DNA of 20,000 nucleotides from Rotaria socialis (Eukaryota): NCBI GenBank assembly GCA_905331295.1, contig CAJNYD010000069.1, positions 300,185 to 320,184 of the forward strand, read 5' to 3'. Shown piece by piece: positions 1 to 18,258 of this stretch (position 1 is its first letter; each line of letters starts with the position of its first letter). The notes under the pieces were generated by a model. It saw only the letters and a program-made list of their open reading frames with translations, ran no database searches and was not told where the DNA came from. The position numbers and the translations under genes were made by a program.

Positions 1-7825
<7,825 letters not shown>

Positions 7826-10800
7826 TCTGGTTCAATAAACGATGAAGTAAAACTTTTTCAATTTAAGATGTCATGCACAGAATTTTTTTTAATTCTTCCA
7901 TTCCATCGGTCATGTTACTTCTAACAGTAACAGCCACCATTGTTCGACAAGTGTCGCTAGCAGTCCGTATGTTGAGGGCGTGAGATATTGCAATCAAGGC
8001 TATGCTTTAATTGAAATTAAAATAGAGAGTTTAAGTTATCCGACGACGTTTTCGTATTCATTTGCGCCTGCACCATAGTACTGCAAGTAGTCTGTTGGTC
8101 AAAGCTTTTCACATCTCACTCTCACGCTTGTAATAAGTTTAAGTAACCATAATTAAAAGTTAAGACTTCAGAAACAAAAAGTTTTTAATTAGTTAAAATA
8201 TGATTTTAATTTAATATTAATACGAATTTCTTAGAGTTTATCTATACGCGTAATAATATCGTGTAACCTGCTGTGGATATAATGCATTTGCACATCAGAG
8301 TTATTTGTCAGTTAATTGATGGTTAGACAAAACCCAATAGATAAAGAAAAGCAATGTCAAAGCGAATGACACAAAGTAAAAATAAAGCGTCAGCTGATAT
8401 TATTCTTATTTAAGATGCAAAAATAACCAAAATAGATCACTTATCTCTCAGTTGATCACTTTTGGAAACAAAACTATCACCTGCAATTTTGTTTTCGCTA
8501 AGAATGTTTTTTATTAGTGTATTATTACTAAAAAGCAGACGTTTGTATACAACATTAAAATCTGAATACAGTGAAAAGGCTTCGGTGTGTCGCGAAAAAA
8601 AACAGAAACCAGCTTTTCTTCACAGTTTATTTTTTCGTCAAGTACATATTGTGGCATATTTATCTGTTGGCACATGTTTTATGTCAATGAGAGGGGCACA
8701 ATGACCTACTTTATAAATTAGTAGAAAATGAAAAATCTTGTAAAAATAGAAACTTTAATCATATGACTTCGATATAAGAATTACGTCGAAGAATATACAG
8801 TATGAAGTGTGTTATTTACTCTTTGCGCTATATATTATGTGTGTATTTTTGGATAGAATCCAAACAAATTAACGTGTAGTGCATATTTGATTGACAGGCA
8901 AGCTCATTGTCATATTCTATGGTATTATAAATTCATAATAGTAAAAACAAACGACTGGAATGGACGACACTCATGGGACGAATAGAATGTAGAGATATGC
9001 CTAATATCATTGCAGTAGGTAGCTGTAAGCTACAATTTCATTGCAAAAAGAAAACATCTGAATAGAATTTTAATATGTCATTGTTGATTTGCTATCATGT
9101 AACGTTCATAATTTCAGTTGATTCTCTTATCAATAATAAGTAGAAGAATATTGTCATATTATAGTATGATATCGCCTTAGATGAAACAGTATTTGAGAAA
9201 GTAACGAAAAAAATCAAGATTTCAATTTTTTTCTCAACCAAAAAACAGTAGAAACGTTAGTTCTACCAAGAACACGGAAATATTTGATAAAAATCAAGTT
9301 GTTCTCTTGCTATCTGACGCTATTTGTGTAAATAATTATAAAGAAATTTGTTGAAATTTGCTGTTTACTCCCATATTATAAACTAGACATTCCCTATAAA
9401 CTCATCAGAAGTTGTGCAATCATTTGAGAATGTTTCTGTTACCCATAATCTTGTTAACGATATCAATTGCATGCGTAAGCTCACATCGTTTTTTTTCTTT
9501 TTCGGTTTGATCTTGAAAGAAACCTATAAAATTCAGAAGTATTCCGATTGTTTATTCGCTACAATGCCTTGTTATATCTATTTCAGCAAGAATAAAGGTT
9601 AAAACTCAGAAATGGCATTTAATTTGGATATGTCTTTTTCCATTCGTTGCCGAGAAATTTATTTACTTATTCTATTCGTCGCTAATCAATACTTTCCCAC
9701 ATGTATTCAATGGAACGTAACTGAATAAAAGTTGCCCATTAGTATCTCATCATATTTTCCTGCTGACTGAATTATTCAATTCGATGTAGCTGTTAATTAA
9801 AAAACATGTATCGAAGCTACATATGATTAAAAGATATTGACTTCTTCAGTATCATGCTGGCGTAATAACATATATGATTACTATTTACAGAACAAAATAT
9901 CGATAGATTCCTACGAATATTATTTCTTATCTCATATGATCTATTGCGAGAAGAAAATTTTTTGATGTTGATCAAATTTTTGTTTTTGCTGATGATAAAA
10001 TGATTGCTTATGAACTTGCCGAACGTTATTATTGTTTATTAATTATATCGTTGACAACATATCTTGGTATAGATTTTATTAACAATCTAATTGGTCGTTT
10101 TATTTTCAACAAGAGCAAAAAAAAACTCATCATAGAACAGAGAAACAAATATGTCATAAGATACTTTCTTTTGTACATATTTTCTTATTACATTGTTTTC
10201 AGAAGATGTTTAAATCCGGGTTGACATGGAAATCAAGAAAAGAAATTATTGTTACTTTTGTGTATAGTGTGTCCAATGACAACATGTATTATGGAACAAT
10301 CTTGAAATATAATGTTTCTCGCTTCCTGATCGTATTTCTATTACTATGCAACATCTTTCTTTTTCCTTCTGGGTATATACTCGTATGAAGGGCAAGAAAA
10401 GCGCGCGCCACCCTACTCTGTTAATTTATTTCTTTTGATATACTTTGTACGAAAAATGGTCGATGTTAGCTGTTATTTTGTCATGGCTGTTATTGTTGTT
10501 GCTCTTTCATCGCATGCTTAAATGTCAGTCATTCATATGCGAATATGCACGTTTATATATATATGCAGATGTAAATTGTAGTTCGCTATTACGAAGAATT
10601 TTTGAAGAATTTTAAAGAGAAAAAAACTTCCTTCAGGAATCGATTAATTTATGTTTCTCTATTAACAGTAACAAACAAAAAAGACACGTGAACAGATTGA
10701 AAGAACGAAAAGAAAACAAGCAGTGCAAATTATCAATGACAACAATACGGGTGTTGGAGCTTCATCAGGATAACTGCTTTTTCATTACATCCTTCTGTGT

Positions 10801-11351
10801 AGAATATGTCAAACAACTAAAGATAGACAGTCAGACAAGCAGTATTGTATTAGGGAAAAAAGCCGAGTATATACACAATCATGTACTATGACGTGCGTTC
10901 CATTCTCTTTTCTCTCGATAGATAACTCACCCCTACTGGTTTTTAACTATGCAACTCAAATGACGGTGTAGCGCAATGTCAGTAATCTTTCTTTTTTTTT
11001 TGTTCTTTTCTCTCATTTCCATATTGTCAACGTGTACATATAGATATATGCGCTTAGTGGGATTGAGAGAAGAGCGTACAAAGAGGCATATAATAAAAAT
11101 ACAGTCTTCTATGTAATATATTACAGTAACTTCGGTCTATATATCAAAAAACAAAACTGCCACCATTGTTGTTTCCGTGTAGAAGAGCATTATCATTAAG
11201 GTGATCGAGAACGATATACATATAAATCAATAAGTACCTCGATCATTTCACTTGTACATATCATTTCAATATCAGTGTCATATATCACAGTGTTACTATT
11301 ATTATTATTTTTGCTTTTTGTGTATCAAAAGTATTGCTTTTCTTTAGAATA

Positions 11352-11375
11352 ATGAAAACAAAATTTTCTTCATGA
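11352..11375 (+). promoter_or_regulatory. Candidate uORF (MKTKFSS*) whose TGA overlaps the calcineurin ATG (ATGA)
   Basis: ATG AAA ACA AAA TTT TCT TCA TGA at 11352-11375. The main ATG is at 11372. The uORF starts just after a pyrimidine tract plus AG ending at 11347. Confidence 0.45.
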
Positions 11376-14300
11376 CGACCAATGATCAAATATCTGACGC
11401 TCCGTCAGCATTAGCATCCTCAGCAACAGCAACTGCAACACCAAAGTATAGTACAAAAGAAAGAAATTGTAAAACAATTCCAGTAGCACCAGCGCATCGT
11501 CTTGATATTGAAGATATTTATTCTCATCCATCCGATCCAGATGACAAACCTAATTTAGATATCCTTAAGCAACATCTTTTACTCGAAGGTCGTCTTACTG
11601 AACAAGCTGCAATTCGAATAATTGAAGCGGGTAAAAGATCTTTCTTTTCTAGGATGCTTTCTGACAATTGTCATCAAGCAATTGCGCTAATAGAATAGGA
11701 GACAGACAAAAACTCGAAACCTCTATGAGTATAAACAATCGTTAATCAAAAGCTTCTTCTTTTTCACGCATATTTCTCATTAAGACTAAATTTTACAGGA
11801 AACAACAACAAAAACAAATAGAAAGAAAAGAAAACTTCTAGTTTACTGCTATTTTTGTACTAAAGTCACGATAAACTTTATAATCGATTAGTTAATTTCC
11901 TTATTATTGATACGAAATCAACACTTTCATAAATCAACAGCTTTTTTTTGCAACATGACATTTGTCTATCATTCCGCTAAGAAAAAACAGATATGTTTGT
12001 CAACAATAGTAGTGACGAAGTTTTAGTCTATATTGTCGGTTCAATTTAGGCGCTGCAATCTTACGCGATGAATCCACAATGATTGATATTGAAGCACCAT
12101 TGACAATATGTGGCGATATTCATGGGCAACTATACGATTTAGTCAAGTAAATAATCCTAAATGCATTAATAGAAAAACAATTGACTCACTTTGTTTTTAT
12201 ATATAGATTATTTGAAGTAGGAGGTTCTCCGGCTACTACTCGTTATTTATTTCTTGGCGATTATATTGATAGGGGATATTTTGGAATCGAATGGTTTGAG
12301 AAATCGTTTTTTTAAAATGCTCTTTATTTTTATGTATTTGTTTTTTGATTTAGTGTTCTTTATTTATGGTCGTTAAAAACTCATTATCCGAAAACATTTT
12401 TTTTACTTCGCGGTAATCACGAATGTCGACATTTAACAGATTATTTTACGTAAGAAGAGCATTTTTCTTTGTTTTTTTCATTGCTAAATGAAATTTGAAT
12501 TTGATTATGCGTAGGTTTAAACAAGAATGTCGTGTTAAATATACAGAAAAAGTTTATGAAACGAGTATGATCGCTTTCGATTGTCTACCATTAGCTGCAT
12601 TGATGAATAAACAATTTCTATGTGTACATGGTGGACTTTCACCAGAGATTCATACATTGGATGACATACGAAAGGTAATTTTAAAAATTGAATCATGGAA
12701 GATATTCGCCAGAAGAAAGATGACTAATATGTATCATCGTTTGTTTTTTGGAAGCCATATTGATCTCTTCAAGTTTCTGCGTATATGGTTTTGATTGATG
12801 AGATTAAAAGAAAACTAGAGCAAAGTCCCGTTCAACTGTCTCATATGTTATCACGTCATAGAACAAGAGCTTCAGTAGATTGGGGCAAATAAATTTGACT
12901 CAGATATGTTCTTTTCATAGTTATGACCATCGTAATAGAGTTTCAGTTAACAGCCGCGCATCTAGAGAAAAATAGTCAGATAATTTCGCGCTTGAGTGTT
13001 ATGACAGATGCTTTTTTTCTGGGCAAGTTATTAGCTGATACCCAGCGATGGCCTACGATAAGACGACTTTTTAACCATCGATATTCAATGTCCCAAGAGA
13101 GCAAGAGAAATGTATAAAGTTTTATCTCTGGTAATTATTGAAGCTGTAAACAATATATAATCATAAGGAAAACATTTCACATAACAATATCTGAATTCAA
13201 TAAATCGAATAGATTTCATACCAGTCGACATTGTAGTTATGACTTCTATTTCGAATTTGATTTATTTTCATTGTGAACTCGACAACGTATACCTACTATG
13301 TACGCATCTGCTGTTGATTAATCATATTTTAATGCTCGATGACACTATACAATATATGATGATAGTAATGGACAATAAGACTAATTGATGAGAAAATTTT
13401 TCTTGTTTACGGAGGAGTACTTCGTCCCACATAGAATCATTTATACATTGATGGTTATTAATGACTTTCCTGCTGATTGATTTCTTTGCTTTTATGTTGT
13501 TCCACACGGAAACATTTATTTCTACTATACATTTTTCTTCTGTGTGAATGATAATATCTTATATATGTGCCACCCTTTATGATATATACATGTATATATA
13601 TATATTTGGATAGAAAAAGAATTTCTGTATTCGATCGATTTCATTAATTGCTACTGTTTTATTGTCAAGAAAGTAGTTTGTGTTAACTTTGCAAAAAATA
13701 AGTTATTTCTATTATAAATACAATAATATTTCTGTTTTGCGGAATGTTTGCTAAGTCATCGGCATTGACATTATCAATCCATCATATCTAAGTATCGTTT
13801 ATTTGCTTGAGTATATCAACATGCTCTTCATCAAGCGTTATGCTTTCCAATGACATATTTTCATCCATTCATCGAGTACATTAATTACTAAAACTGTTTT
13901 AAATAAACAACTAAATGAAGTGACAAACAATTTAAATAATTAAATCAATCCTTCTCTTCAGTTAGATCGATTTCGTGAACCTCCTCCTTATGGTCCAATG
14001 TGTGATCTTCTTTGGTCTGATCCAGTTGAAGATTATGGAAATGAAAAAGAAAATTCATCAACAACAACATCCAAACGTCTTAATAGTATTCCATTAAATG
14101 ATCTATGCCAATCAATTCCTACGTCACCAAATGAACACTTATTTCTGCCGAATACAACACGAGGTTGTTCGTATTTTTATACATATGCTGCTATTAATGA
14201 ATTTTTAATACAGAATCAGATACTTTCAATAATTCGTGCTCATGAAGCGCAAGATGTTGGCTATCGAATGTATAAAAAATCAGTGGAAACTGGTTTTCCA

Positions 14301-15113
14301 TCATTAATAACAATTTTTTCAGCACCCAACTATTTAGATGTCTACCAAAATAAAGCAGCTATTATGAAATATGAAAATAATGTTGTTAATATTCGACAGT
14401 TTAATTGTTCACCACATCCATATTGGTTACCAAATTTTATGGACGTTTTCTCATGGTCATTGCCGTTCGTTGGCGAAAAAGTCATTGACGTACTTTTAAA
14501 TATTCTTAATATATGTACAGACGAAGAACTAGCTGAATATGATGAACATATTGATACATTAATCGAACGTAATAATCGTGAACAACGTAAAGAGCAAATT
14601 CGTTCAAAAATACGTGCATTAGGTAAAGTAGCTAAGGCTTATCAATCCCTACGTGAATTAAGTGAAAATGTTGTTACATTACGTGGTTTAACGCCATCGA
14701 CAAGTTTAACAGAATTAAATAATAATAATGATGTTAAATCTGAAACAGAAGTTGCTGCAAGTATGCTTCGAGATAAAACTGTTACAACGAAAGAACGTTT
14801 TTCAAAAGCTAAAATATTGGATAAAGTTAATGAACGTATGCCACCACCGAAACCATCAAATCCAATTGGCGGTCTTAGTGTTGCTGAGCGTATTAAACGT
14901 TCATCAATCAATAATCAACCACCACAGAAGCCACTTAAAAAAGAACCCCCGTCAAAATCAATCCCCAGCGCAACAACACAAGGTCTTGTTAAAATGAGAC
15001 GTGAAAGTTATGCTGTTACACCAAAAACAGCAATAATAAAACGACCATCAGCAGCTGCTGTGAGTTTACCAACAGCCGTCAATGGTAGCAATGCGTCAAC
15101 AACGAAGAAATGA
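11372..15113 (+). CDS. PPP3CA: Serine/threonine-protein phosphatase 2B (calcineurin A) catalytic subunit, ~616 aa
   Basis: Exons 11372-11630, 12050-12146, 12207-12293, 12354-12449, 12515-12674, 13962-15113 (1851 nt, all GT-AG, in frame). PPP motifs GDIHGQ, GDYIDRG, LRGNHE, HGGLSP, DLLWSDP, RAHE, SAPNYL. CnB-binding region [24 protein letters not shown], CaM-binding [14 protein letters not shown] and autoinhibitory domain [16 protein letters not shown] are present. The symbol indicates the family; the vertebrate paralogue cannot be assigned. Confidence 0.97.
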
Positions 15114-15267
15114 TTCATTCATATATATGTACCAATTAAAAAAAAAAGAATTTTGTTTTTGTTTATTTTTGTTTTTCCCTTGTCCTAACAATTATATATA
15201 TTATTTTGATGATTTGTGTACCCTTGTTCATTAATTTTATTTTTTCGAGAGGATCAAAACGGAGAGC

Positions 15268-15273
15268 AATAAA
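15268..15273 (+). terminator. Putative polyadenylation signal of calcineurin A
   Basis: First AATAAA downstream of the stop at 15113, after a U-rich 3' UTR-like stretch. Confidence 0.45.
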
Positions 15274-16370
15274 TAGTTACATCTCTATCTATGCATGCAA
15301 AATTCATTGCAAGCAAAATGAAAAATGAAAATTATTGAGAATAATAAATGGATCCTACTACCCAGCCTTAGGAAAAGATCCGTTCTTCTAAACAGAAGAA
15401 CAAATTATTTGAAAAATAAAATTCTATCGTATAAAATATATTTTATTTTTTGCTTGTTCGGATTTCGAATCGAGAGAGGACTAAAGACAAACATAGTGTC
15501 ATTCAGACATACTCACAAAGGAAATAAGATTTTCTCGTCGCATGTATGGAAAATTTGACTGAGGTTTTGTCTTATCGTTGCGCACCAAAGAACTATCACT
15601 GATGTTCTCACTAAATCAATTGAATCGATTCAACGAACCCTAATACACTTCGATAGTCTCGTAAATTTCAAAATGAAACAAAGAGAATCTTATTAGAGAG
15701 AAAATATTGTAGGAAGCAAATTCACCAATAAATTAATATTGAGTGCTCGACGGATACGTTTGAAAATTGAGTATCGCTTTAGTAGTTCAATCACACTCTT
15801 AAGAAAGTTTCGATGTTTGCAACTTCATATGGGGGGGGGNGGAACTTATATCGCCACCTTGTGGCCTATTACCACCAATGTCATGCGTTCATTTATTTGA
15901 TTCTTCAAAAACGGCTGCCCTCAATGATAATTTTGTGTGTTGGAAAGAACATGCTAATTAAACATGCCGCTTTTAAAATTTTGTTATTTTTATGAATGTA
16001 ACATCTTTATCAGCTAAATAAAAAATCTGTGGCGAGGAAATATTTGATTTCTGCTAATAAAATCTTTCAAATCTATACAGATTTTCCCGATTTTTTTTCA
16101 ACATATCAAAAATAAGTCTCCTGTTTGTATGAGTACGCAGATGATTTCATGCCTGCATACATATGAAACGCTCTTTGCTGGAAATTCATACAATATCGAA
16201 TCAGTAAATGTTAAGTCACAGTTAATTGACTATAGCCTCACACAAACAATCAAATGAATGCGAAATAAACAGACAGAAACGGGAAATGATGTACTTATAA
16301 TAGAAATATTTCATTTATATTTCACTAGTTGTATAGAAAAAATGAAACGATCTTTTGAATATTTTCAATT

Positions 16371-16376
16371 TTTATT
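16371..16376 (-). terminator. Putative polyadenylation signal of the Cys-rich peptide gene
   Basis: AATAAA on the minus strand ~70 nt after the TAG at 16446. Confidence 0.4.
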
Positions 16377-16445
16377 ATTCAAAGAAATCAACAAAAAAGA
16401 AACATTAAAATGTGTTTTTTCTCTCAAGAAGACAAGATATTTTAT

Positions 16446-16735
16446 CTAAGCGACGACACAAGCTTCACGCAGTCTAATGTATCGACAACATTGAATAAAC
16501 GAAAAACCAAATGTATTGTAACATTTACGATAGATAAAATATCCACCAGTAGAACCGCACCAATCTCTCGTTCCTTGCGGTGAATTTCTGCATTCACAAT
16601 TGGCTTCTCTGAAACAAAAATCAACATAGAATTTAATCGAAATAAACATTCTGAATTGATTCACCCGTAACTATCGGCATAAACTATCATCATAAACAAA
16701 ACAAAACCGATTCACATCAAAGTCGATAGTAGCAT
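16446..16735 (-). pseudogene. Two-exon gene for a small secreted cysteine-rich defensin/toxin-like peptide, with an in-frame TGA at codon 8 (null allele, pseudogene or base error)
   Basis: Exon 1 16735-16665, 56-nt GT-AG intron 16664-16609, exon 2 16608-16446. Translation MLLSTLM*IGFVLFMMIVYADSYGEANCECRNSPQGTRDWCGSTGGYFIYRKCYNTFGFSFIQCCRYIRLREACVVA: hydrophobic signal-like N-terminus and CxC-x10-C-x11-C-x10-CC-x8-C. TATAAAA upstream, AATAAA downstream. Confidence 0.72.
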
Positions 16736-16812
16736 ATTTTGTGTCAGTTTCGCAACCAGCAATTTTCATATTGATGTTAGACTATTACTATCGGTGCTTG
16801 TTTTTTCTTTCT

Positions 16813-16819
16813 TTTTATA
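16813..16819 (-). promoter_or_regulatory. TATA box upstream of the Cys-rich peptide gene
   Basis: CTATAAAAAG on the minus strand ~80 nt upstream of ATG 16735, giving a plausible short 5' UTR. Confidence 0.5.
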
Positions 16820-17312
16820 GATAATTGTGTAAATAGATAGTCTCGGATTGAGACAGGACTTCTGGTTGGTCAATTAGCCCTTATGTTACTCTGCCATTCA
16901 ATACAACTAGCAACGCAATACTGTCTATTGACAAAATGATAAGTTCGATTTAGTCTAAAACATATTAGTTTTTTTCTGTCTCTCTAATGTCAACAGTACG
17001 TCATCGTATATTTTCCTCGTACACACGTTATGATCTATGTTGAAAAGCATTTATTGCAAGAGATCTAAGTTAAGCAAGAAAAGTAAACGTGTTGTTTAGG
17101 TGAAAATAATTGGATCAAGTTTTAATTAATATATATCTGAATTTATAAACTTGATATACACGCGCATCTATATTCATATCACTAAAAAAAAGAGAAAACA
17201 AGAGAAATTGATCTAAAGCCGTCAGCGACCTCATTGAATGTTTATTTCTGAATGGTCAAATGAATAAACCATAGAACAGATTTCTACAACTGTTTATTTA
17301 TTGTCAGCCAAA

Positions 17313-17906
17313 TTATTCGAAATATACAGCATAAACGGTCACGACAGCAACCATATCATTAGTTTCGTAGTTGACGGATATCATATTATCGTTTTTTGGA
17401 TCCCATAAACATCGCGATGCAATACGTATCAGTTCACCATATTTTTGTCCAATGACTGTTTGAACAACAATTTTATAGCGTGGTAGTTGAAAATTTCTCA
17501 TCAATTGATGAACATTTCGGGTTATATCTTTAACAAGTTCATTTACAGTTGCTGCATCATAGGTTTCATCTTTTAGTCTATCGATTAATACTTCAAGGAC
17601 TTTAGGTTGAACCCGATAAGGACGAAAACGATATTCATTATCTGGTTCCATACGAAATGTATTCGGGCGATTGTTAGGTTGAGGAAGCATCGAAGATTTT
17701 CTACTATTAACATTCATTGACATCGATAATCGTCGAAAAACTGATTGACGACGATCAGGATTTCCAGTGGTTGGTGCTCCTACTTGAGATGCTGATGGAC
17801 CAGTACCAATGACTGATGCATGAGTTTCCTCTTTTACAGAAAATGCTGGTTTCATAGTAACTGCCCCATGAGGTTCGGTCGGCATGTTAGAACGACGAGC
17901 AGCCAT
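17313..17906 (-). CDS. TCTEX1D1: Tctex1-domain dynein light chain (TCTEX1D1/DYNLT5-like), 197 aa, intronless CDS
   Basis: C-terminal Tctex-1 domain: NTFRMEP...PRYKIVVQTVIGQ...IASRCLWDPKNDN...VYAVYFE. First ATG at 17906, with an in-frame TAA just upstream of the GTG called by the ORF track. Exact paralogue (DYNLT4/5) uncertain. Confidence 0.9.
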   Translation of the reverse strand: MAARRSNMPTEPHGAVTMKPAFSVKEETHASVIGTGPSASQVGAPTTGNPDRRQSVFRRLSMSMNVNSRKSSMLPQPNNRPNTFRMEPDNEYRFRPYRVQPKVLEVLIDRLKDETYDAATVNELVKDITRNVHQLMRNFQLPRYKIVVQTVIGQKYGELIRIASRCLWDPKNDNMISVNYETNDMVAVVTVYAVYFE

Positions 17907-18258
17907 TGACACAGTATATTAGTGAGTTAAGCGATTCAATTGTGATGTTGGCCTGAGTGATGAAGATTTTGTTTGGTGGAATCAAATTTCTCTTTTTCTT
18001 CTTTCTCCTTTTTTTTCTGCTATCGTTCGTTGTTACTTTAAAGTTTGATTTGTTTCTCATCACGCATACAGTGTTCTCAATTTTTTTCTCTCCTTTTTCC
18101 TCATATTATTGTACACAGTGTATGAGGCTGATTATTGACATATGATGGAAGCACCTAGCGACGAGAAGCACTATGGGTGTTTGTCTATGAGAGGCGAAGG
18201 AACACGATTGTTCTTCAATTTGATGCTAGTAGCTATTTTTTTTCTTCCTTTCCAGATA

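Noticed and set aside
7914..7931. GTTACTTCTAACAGTAAC upstream of ULK4, resembling an RFX X-box
   Set aside because: Spacing and core deviate from the GTTNCCATGGNAAC consensus; cannot be supported without a motif scan and conservation.
8462..10891. Several 60-80 aa ORFs between ULK4 and calcineurin
   Set aside because: Low-complexity F/I/L/K-rich translations expected from AT-rich non-coding DNA; no consistent exon structure or motifs.
14642..14997. Two 89-aa alternative-frame/antisense ORFs within calcineurin exon 6
   Set aside because: Shadow ORFs of a real coding exon with no recognisable features.
15620..15633. 14-bp perfect palindrome TTGAATCGATTCAA
   Set aside because: Isolated and short; compatible with chance in AT-rich sequence.
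15830..15842. Poly-G run containing an N
   Set aside because: Likely a homopolymer sequencing/assembly ambiguity; the overlapping 60-aa ORF is not credible.
18142..18258. 39-aa N-terminal extension of GUCD1 in the ORF track, with an apparent hydrophobic segment
   Set aside because: The hydrophobic residues are the translation of a polypyrimidine tract ending in an AG acceptor; family similarity begins at 18259.
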